Both the position numbers and the translations under genes were made by a program. A DNA stretch of 64,000 nucleotides from Catajapyx aquilonaris. Taxonomy: Eukaryota. Location: positions 62,001 to 126,000 of the forward strand of contig KZ538023.1 of NCBI GenBank assembly GCA_000934665.2. Reading direction: 5' to 3'. This document shows positions 49,071 through 58,400 of this stretch, one piece after another (positions within the stretch are counted from its first letter, which is position 1; every line of letters begins with the position of its first letter). The notes under the pieces were generated by a model, which saw nothing but the letters and a program-made list of their open reading frames with translations, did no database searches and was not told where the DNA came from.

Positions 49071-51051
49071 AGAGACATCGATGCACTGTTTCTTTATTTC
49101 TTTGTATACATTGTACAAAAAATTGCAATAAAGACGTCCACAATAACAGCTGTTCTTCTGACTGCTATACTCCATCTTTTCCAGGATGTACAAAACAGTG
49201 ATGCTTCAGGCTGCCCAACAATCTAAACAAATGAAAGACAATATTTCAGGATGAATGAGCTATTAACTACAGAATTTTACTGGAAATGCAGAAGGCTACA
49301 TGCAACTATTAAAAACTTAATCATTTGACACAATCAGTAATTGCCAAAAACAATTTCAACATAATTGCTGATGAGTCAAAACCATTCCTTTGACTTAATT
49401 GGCGAATTTAATGGACACAAACAAAATAAGAAGCGACTGGGGAATAAAAAGCAATGGATCCAGGTACGATCTCGATTGAATTGATTTGCAAATATCTAAC
49501 CCCTAAATTTGCCGCTTGTTTTGGCCCAAGCTGCCATTGGCCATATTAGTAAGAAACACCCTGCATATAAAATTCGATTGCTTGCAAACTGACATATTGA
49601 TGCCAAAATGGCACTACATGGCATGCTCCTGATGCTTTAGCATCACATAAATTCTCCCCAGATTAATGTATTCAGCATGAGAATACAGTAGTACTGGTAT
49701 CACACTAGGAAACTATTAATACAACTGGCATCATCATCGTCAGTGCAACTAGCAATTAAGGGCTTGTGAGGAAATTACCATATGCTTTCAAAATCAACTG
49801 GTAGAATTTTTGTCGCATAATAATTGCTGTCGTAAAATAACATCATTTTGGCACAAAGTGGCATAATTACTTTTAAAGAATGTACTTTACTTCCAAGCCA
49901 TAGAGAATACAATATATTGCATCAGAAAAATTCAGCATTAAAAGACATTTCTCTATGATGATATGACCAATAACACTGCAATTAAGAGTCTCTCCTTAAC
50001 CTTTGACTGAAAAGGTCTCTGAACCAGCACTCTGAACCGAACCCTTGCTCTGTGAACCTGATAACATTGGAGCAGCTCCGGAGCGGGTTCAAGAGTTTGG
50101 TTGGGAGCTTGCCAGCTTGCTCTGGAGTTTGGTGGTCAATGATGGACACCATTCATTTCAAGATGGAATTAATTTTAGAATCTACTCTTTTAGGTGAAGT
50201 GTATGGAATGGAAATTAAGGCAACTAGGAATATTGATGGAGAACAACTAGGCCTGGAGAATATGGTAAATGGATACACAATAATTAATCCATTTAAAAAT
50301 GAGTGAAGCCCATCTCTGGTTAGGGAAATTTGGAATTACTTGGATCACTACATGGTACTCCTTCTAAAAGCTACTGACCAAGCACTAGCTAGCTACCAAT
50401 ATCCGCTGGCTTCCAGATTCATTGCCTAATGTACGCAACACATGAGGTGTACAAGTGTGTTGCTTACCATGTCCATGTCTGGTCTTCCAGGATAGCAGAT
50501 GGCAACAGAAGAGTTGAGGCATCTGATCTGATGACAGCACCTCACATCTCTTGATTCCATAAGTTGATTTGGATGAGGGCAAAGTGGTTGCTGGTTTGGC
50601 AGATCCAGGAAGGTGATGTCCAGAGACCAATCAGACGCATCATCATTCTGCAAGGTGTAATGATGAGTACAAGTCACATGACTATCATTGAGTGTGCTCA
50701 TTGCCTCTTTGTAGCACTTACATGCTTTGCCATTGCATAGTTACATGTAATAGTGGTTATCAAAAGAATTAGCTACTAATTATAGGTTGCATTGCCACAC
50801 AATCCAGTGTTTTGTCTTTGGAATTTTTATAATGACGTACATTAGCAGACTCCATTGGAATCTCCTGGATTCAGCTGAAACCATATTTTTTAAAAGGCGA
50901 CAGCTTCAGGTAGCTACAAGTATTAAGCTATACAAGTTAACTCACTCACAAATGCGCATTATGTTACCATTATTTTGAACAATCAATGCAGAGTATGAGC
51001 CCATAGTTAGCATATGTGAAATAATACTTTATTTGTACGCAGTACTTTTAT

Positions 51052-51173
51052 CCTCCTGAGACCCCTGGTACAGTATACTGTACCTTTGTTTTTTCCAGCA
51101 CCTTCTGACTAACTCAAGCGCGTAAAAAAACAAAAACAAAGGTACAGTATACTGTACTCCGGGTCTCAGGAGG
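51052..51173. mobile_element. piggyBac-like MITE, 122 bp
   Basis: TIR CCTCCTGAGACCC / GGGTCTCAGGAGG, internal palindromes GTACAGTATACTGTAC in both arms, and 4-bp TSD TTAT (51048-51051, 51174-51177). Confidence 0.8.
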
Positions 51174-52694
51174 TTATATGAACAACCTGCAGAACTCAAT
51201 ATTAATTAAAACGTTGCAAATATATCCAAGAAATATATTATCCACTTTGATTGCAATATGTTGCTTCAATGATATTCTGAATCTTATTGGTTAGGAAACA
51301 GAATAAGTGACTGCTGAACTGTTGTAACTGACCCATTACAATGCAACTACGTGAATGGAAGATGGTGTATACATACCTTGTTGAATGCAGCTCCAGCACA
51401 CACAGCTTCTGTACTTGATTTGTCCAATGTCACCAACAGCTCACTCTGCAGGCTTCCCAGCCAGTGGTCCTCTCAACTAGTGGTGGTTGGATTGGCTCTA
51501 TCAGATACATGATGACAAAAGGACCTGTGAAGTACAAGATATAAATAAGTCAGTGCAAAGGGAAGTGAATTGATGCCAAAAATCCACATCCCTAATCTGC
51601 AAGTCGTATTGTGGCAATTTGAAAAGTGTGTGAAAATATACTGATCCTTCCAAAATATAATGGGGCACGGATGCAACAAGTATGTCAATCAACAGCCAGT
51701 TTGCGTGATCACTGCTGTAGTAATACCAGGACTTGATCAGAAAAGATGAACTCAGCTTATGGAATTAATTACGAGGAAAATTGCAGCTACATGCAAGGTC
51801 ATTGAGCATGTCCTTGTCCATAGGTTGTGACCAATTTGACTGCAGTGCCCGTTTGCACATTGTCCAGCAGCATCCATCAATAAGTGCATTACACCTGAAA
51901 AAATACAATTAGTATACCTAATTACAATAATGTAGAGTGCATTTATTAGGGACATGATTATCCGGCCAACATAATTTGCCCCAATTTGACTGGGCTCATC
52001 ATTGGCCAAATTGTAACTGTTATAAGTAACTTGATGACTTCGGTTGTCTAAGTGTAGGCCTACTAAATGATGTCAACATCATTGAAAATGGCTATTAATG
52101 TAACTATTAAACATACAGGTACGAGAACATGTTGCTGTGAACCTATATAGTTACCTTTCTCAAAATGACAGTGACACCCATATTGGATATCCAATCTCAG
52201 GCCCTCTCAGGCCCATAGTCGTAGGTGAACTGGTGAAGGACCGGTTCCCCTTGACCACGACCTGGGGCTGCCCCTGAGCTGCCCCTTGACCAGGCACTGC
52301 TAGCCAAAGGACCTTCTGGCTACTCCCCTCATCAGCAAAGTCACGTGTTTACACCGACTAGCAAAATAATAAGCATTTTTTTTGTGCAACTTGAAGACCA
52401 ATCAGAATGCAAGTTCGTGCCTAGGCATCCAATAAGCTTTAAAAAAAATGAGAGTTGCGACTGGCTCGTGTAAACCATGCTGAGTTAAGAGATTTCGGCA
52501 GCAGATGGCAATATATATACACTTCATAAAATTTTTAATAATTGTTAATTAATTTAGTCGCGATTTGTCGTAACATTTTAACGCATTTTAACTACATAAC
52601 GGCATAATTTTATATGATTTTGATGTGTTATGATTAATGGCAGACGAAATTCGAACACATTCCAGGGAAATATGGCTCATGATAAAGGCCTAAC

Positions 52695-53034
52695 CAGGGA
52701 GCATATACTACAGAGGCGCAAACATTTGATTTTCGCGACTCTCTGTTTGGGGTGTTGCCAAGGCTGGCGCCCATTTTGAAGTGTGGGGAACGCCAACGAG
52801 GTATAAATAGGGTACAGGCAAAAATAGGCCCCGCCATCTTTGATTCGCGCGTGTTCTTGCCATGTAGTTGCCATGGCCGCCAAAACCATCAAAGATGGCG
52901 GACCCTATTTTTTGCCTGTACCCTATTTATACCTCGTTGGCGTTGCCCACACTGCAAAATGGCCGCCAGCCTTGGCAACGGCCCCAAACAGAGAGACGCG
53001 GACATCAAAGGTATCATGTAGTATATGCTCCCTG
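52695..53034. mobile_element. Foldback-type MITE with ~145-bp TIRs and 7-bp TSD (P-superfamily/Galileo-like), 340 bp
   Basis: Ends CAGGGAGCATATACTACA / TGTAGTATATGCTCCCTG, inner match AACGCCAACGAGGTATAAATAGGGTACAGGCAAAAA / TTTTTGCCTGTACCCTATTTATACCTCGTTGGCGTT, and TSD GCCTAAC (52688-52694, 53035-53041). Confidence 0.88.
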
Positions 53035-53083
53035 GCCTAACAAACTACAAGTTATGTTTTTTAACGATTAAATAAATCGTTAA

Positions 53084-53089
53084 TTTATT
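53084..53089 (-). terminator. Candidate poly(A) signal of the Fat-like gene (3' UTR ~2.3 kb)
   Basis: AATAAA on the minus strand at the distal end of the AT-rich region following the Fat stop. It coincides with the boundary of the duplicated segment. Confidence 0.45.
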
Positions 53090-55412
53090 GACCATATTAA
53101 AATTAATTAGAGAAAAAAATATCATCCGGCCATGTATGCCTTGCCGTAGTCGACTCCATTACCTGCGAATTAAAACTGACAAAATAAAATCTGCACAGTT
53201 AAAAAATACCAGGACTTCTCTTTATTTTCCAGAATTATTAATATTATATCAACTGTTTTGTACAAAAAATTCTCAAATACAACTTGGAAGGCCATACATA
53301 TTTTTTTCTTTTCTTTTCATCTTGCAATGTCTTCATGACCCCCAAAAACCTTCACTGCTGCATTATTATGTACAGGTGCGGTGTCCCCAACTCTTCCGTG
53401 GGATAGGGGAAAGTTCTTTCAAGGACTAAAAGTTTCTTTCTTCACTTAATAAAGAAACATCTAATAAAAAAAAGGAGATCACCTTAAAATTATAATGTAC
53501 AAAAAAGATCTGTTGTAAAAAAAATTGCACATGTAACTCAAGCATTTCTCTTTCTCTTTTTTTTTTCATCTGCTGCCCAACAAGTATTGACCTGCTCTTT
53601 TTCTTTTTTGGCACAGGTGAACCTAAAAAAAGAGTTTTGAGTGTCCCAAAAAAGTTGGATTTTTTTCCCCGTAAATCCAACGTATGTTGGGCAGCGGCTA
53701 AAATTAACAGTAATGATAATTATTTACCCTGATATGCTACACGACTAAAAAATACACTCACATCATCTACACTTTTTCATACATCTCATGTCTTCCGTCA
53801 TATCGCGACAATAATAATAATAAGGTAATGATAATAATATTAAATAGCGAGAAAATGCTGTGGAAATTATTATTTTTTCTTTCCACTCTCTCTCTCTCTC
53901 GTGATCATTCAAAAGAAGGGCAAAAAAAAAAATGCAGAAGTCCATAAACTTTTGTCCGCTGATTGTTTGTATTGCTCTCTGGGGATTTTCCGTTGCAAGC
54001 GTTGTGTAAGTATGTGTTGCGTGAATTTGTGTTACGGTATAGCATGTCTTGTGTGTGAAGGATAGGCAAAAGGCACGTGAAGGTAAAAATAATGGTCTCT
54101 TTTTTTTTACCTTTGGTTGGATTGCCCAAAAAACAAAAAACAAATTTTAAATGCAGGAAATCGCGTAGATACAATAATATTTAAATAAAGCAATAGCTGC
54201 CAACTGAAACCGTATTTTTTTTCTCCTTTAAAAAAAAACACCCGTTCCCTAAGTCACTCACAACATCAATGTTAAAAAGTAATTATGTGACTAGCATTTT
54301 AAATAAAAGGGGGAGGGGTCAGCAGCTGCACATTTTTTTTATTTCATTTCAAAAAATAATAATAAGCGAGGTGGCTTGCAAAAATTTTGCTCTGTTAGCA
54401 GGAAGAGAGCTACCATCGGCCAATTTCCTCACAGGTTATTATAACAGTGGAAAAAAACAACAACAGGGAAGAGGAAAAAAAATAACTTTGTTCCCAACTG
54501 TCCTGAGTTCAAACCCTATCTAACCTAAATCATTCCCCCTCCCAACCTGCCCCCCTCCGTCATTTAAATTTTATATCATTTTCATTTTCATTTTACACAT
54601 ATTCACATTCACACATCTGGCACTTGAAGTATGTTTAGAGGATAAGCCGTGGATGGGAGAAATTTAAAAAGAAGTGATATGTCATAGGTTTAATACGCAG
54701 ACTGGTGACCTTTTTTAATCCGTTAGGAACTTGACCTTTCTTTTTCCTTCCCTCGAGATGGGGAAAAAAAGAAGACCCAAGCTCAAGCCTGGTCGGATTT
54801 GTTTTTTGGCACGACGTGATTGCAGTTATGACCTGGCAGCTGGTTTTTCTTTAAATGCGATTAGGCCTATAGGACGGCGACACTTTAATTGTGACTAGTG
54901 CCCGTTTTTTTTTCTTTTCTATATGAATTTTTCAAAGCATGAAGAAGGGTTCCAGCTCTACATGTGGCAGTGTGCTGGCGTACATGTGCACCATTAAAAG
55001 TCGTAACAGTTAGGAAGCTATGTTATCTACGCTTTGCGCAAAAATGTAATATCCTTACGAGCAACAGTAACATGATACTTCTGTATCACACGCATTTATT
55101 ACTGCGGCTTGATTTCACAAGTATATAAACATGTCTTTAAGTTTGCTCGTAGCGGCACACTATGTTCAAAATCACAGTCAATTCAGCGGCAGTGGCGACT
55201 GTCACTTTCACTTGCGAATATCAAGCTGCATCTATCCGAATGCAATATCAACGACGCATCAAAATTGGTCTGTTTCTCCATGCTTTGATTGTTCATATGT
55301 GTATGGTACCCCCTGGATGACATGCCCAGGTGAGGTCCAACCGGCTTGGGCTTGGGTCCGTGGTGATGAGACTAGGGCTTGGGCTCCGAGAGCTCAAGCC
55401 GCTCTCGTTTGG

Positions 55413-58400
55413 TCACACCTGCGTCTGGGTCAGCCTCGGCTTGTCCCAAGAGGAACTGCTGTTGACCTCCTTCGAGGGAGGATCCAGGTCATCCAAGTCC
55501 AGGTCGGAAGGTGCCTCCGAGTCGTCCAGATCACACACGTTGGAAATGGAGAGGTCACTAGTGCTGGGAAAGCCATCCAACGGAAGGGACATGTGGTCGT
55601 CCAGTCCATTCCCGTTTGAGTATCGCGGGTGCTTCACCTTGTTACCCACAGGGTGTTCTCTGCAAACAAGTCGTTGCATTATAATGTTTGTAGCTTCCCA
55701 GGTAGCTCAAATCGCCCTGGAATATCCCGTGAATATCCGCTGAATATCCCATGGATATCCTCATATCCGCTGAATATCCAGTGGATATCCACATATCCGA
55801 TGGATATTTGGATATCCATGGGATATTCCAGGGCGATTTGTGCTACCTGGGATTTGCGATGCGGACTTACCTGTAAGGTCCGTTTCTCTCCGGAATTTGT
55901 GGCTTCCTGACGTGCCTTTGTGGCGGGGCGTATGCGTACGTTGCGGAGTTGTGCGGGTGGTTGTTGTACCCAACGGTGGGCAAAGGTACTGGTAGGGGCG
56001 TTGGGCTGGCCCTCTTGGAACCTCCTCCTCGGGACTTTGCAATAAATGCGGTTGGAGGCAGAGGTGGTCTTAGGAGCGGAAGGGTGGGTGGGCTGGGAGG
56101 CGGCGGAGGAAGGGGAGGGCAGCCGTTCTGCGTCCCTCCCATTCCCCCGAACTCCTCGTCTGTTTCGCTGGCAATGTTGAGTGGTGGCAGGTACGAGTTG
56201 GGGTGCCTCACGTAGGCCCCCGGTGAGGAGGGGACAAACTCGTCCCCACTCTCCAGTCCGCTCAGGTTGCCGATGTCATTCATGGCCAACACCTGTTTAG
56301 TACGCACAATATTAGTACACAGTATGGAAAAGACTACAAACAAACACACAGAAGTAGTACATGATGCACATAGCACACACAACACAAACAGACCTGCTCA
56401 AAGGTGAGTCCTTTCCCGAGATTGACGGCAGGGAAGATATCTGAATCTGCAAGATCGGTGTGGACATCCGATTGCTGGTCCTCATTCAGGGTGTCTATAT
56501 CCCTGGCTGGGTCCACCGGACCAACCACTACGGATGCACACAAATCACACGGCACACACAATAAGGTTAGTCACATGGTAGTCACCTTAAAAAACTCGGG
56601 GGTATTTCAAGTGTTACTAGGTGCAAACCTAGGATGCTCGTAATGGTTTTTTGCTGGACTGACCTGGAGGTAGGTTGGTGCCGCCTCGCTGGGAATTGGA
56701 CTCGTTTGACTCGTTGCTGTGGAAGCTGGAAGAATCGGGATGCTCGCTGCCAGGGACTTCGGTAATATTCGACAGCAGGTTTTGGTTCTGGTTGGCCCAG
56801 TCGGTGCAGTCCCAGTCATAACCTATCGTAGGAGGAGAATGTCTTCAGTACACGACATTTCATTTGCCGGAAAGTGGGGGCGGCTTGGCCTGCATTAATC
56901 CCGCTAACAGTTGAACTTGCAAATGACACGGCCCTTGGAACATCAATGCAAAAATGTTGATGTGAAGCTGATGGTTTCCAAGGATCCGAATCGACTGTTC
57001 AGCAGGATCAAGCCTAAGGCTCCCGCACAAAAGTTGGTCAATTCACTCACACTACATGCTCTGCGGAGACTATGATGTTACCTGCCGAGGATGAATAAGC
57101 AAACGTACTGCTCTTCATCAGGCTATGCTACCGAACAAAAGTACACTACTTTTTTTTTTAACACACTGTCGTGTTGGCGATTTAAAAAAAGCGGGGGTCG
57201 GGAATGGAACTCCACATGTCGACTATACTACGGAATGAACATTCTGCCTGCCATGCTGACTGTTACCCTGGGAAATTTAGACAGGAAGCTATACATGCAG
57301 GGAGTCGATTACGTGCAGGCAGACATCATGCCGAGAAGATGCCAAAAAAAAAAAGTAGTCATTGCTGAAGTGGTGATACCTTGAACTCCTTTGTCTCCCT
57401 CGGCTGCCATGCCGAACGGCGGGGAAGGGGCCGGGGGGGGAAAACAAGATGGGTTAGTGCACATTATAACCAGTGAATTGCTTTTCGCTTAAAAAAGTAT
57501 TGGCCCGCTTCGAGTGAACACTCGTAAAGTTCAGGCAAAAAAAAAATGTGCAAAACGATGCAATTAGTGAATTATTGGGTGATGCGATTAAAAATTGAGC
57601 CATGTGCGTAACATGTAGTAGGCATTTCACACGAATATTACAATGCAAATAAAAGTGCGGAAAACAGTACATTTTGGTTTTTTTGTGAGGGTATTTCCAC
57701 GAAACTGACGTCAGATCGTTTGTTTAGTTTTCCGCACTACAATTTCACATACTAGACACAAATGCTGGATAATGTACTAGTGAAGCAAAAATTACTATTA
57801 TCCGCAGCGTTTGTCCTATTGCGTGAAACACCTTTTCGTTAGCCTTTTAAAGTGATGAACCCAAGCATGCAAAAATTGTGCAAACAAATCATGCAAACAA
57901 GCACATGCAAATTCGCATTCACGTAAGTGCTAACGTATTAGTCGGGAGTAAATGTAGGCAATTTCATGATTGAATTGACTCGGATTTGTTGTAGCGAGTA
58001 TCGTAATCAAATGCGCTAAAAGCCTTGAGGATATTCACTGGAGACACGTGCGAAGTAAGTCGTGCCGCTGCAAATGCACAGATGAAATGTTTTAATGTTA
58101 TATCAGCGATTATGTCCATTTTGGTATTGTTACGTACTGTATATTTTTTTCTCTACAAGTGAGCACCTCAGCATTACAAACAAGCAAGCAGATCAGCCAA
58201 CCAAAAAATAAAGGAAAGGGATAAAACTCTCGAACTATGAGTTTTGATCGCATCCTCTCCGTTTTGAATAGAGTGTTTACCGGCGCTGGGGCCGCCAATG
58301 TTCCTGGTCCAAACTTGCTTAACATTAGCCTTGGGCGTGGGCGGAGGTGGCCCTGAGTAGACCCAGCTAAAGGAGGCCCTGGGCCTGGGAGGAGTGGCCG

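Noticed and set aside
42460..53083. LTR retrotransposon interpretation (the direct repeats as LTRs)
   Set aside because: No TG..CA ends, TSD, PBS/PPT or gag/pol motifs were seen, and the right copy is continuous with the Fat 3' UTR-like sequence.
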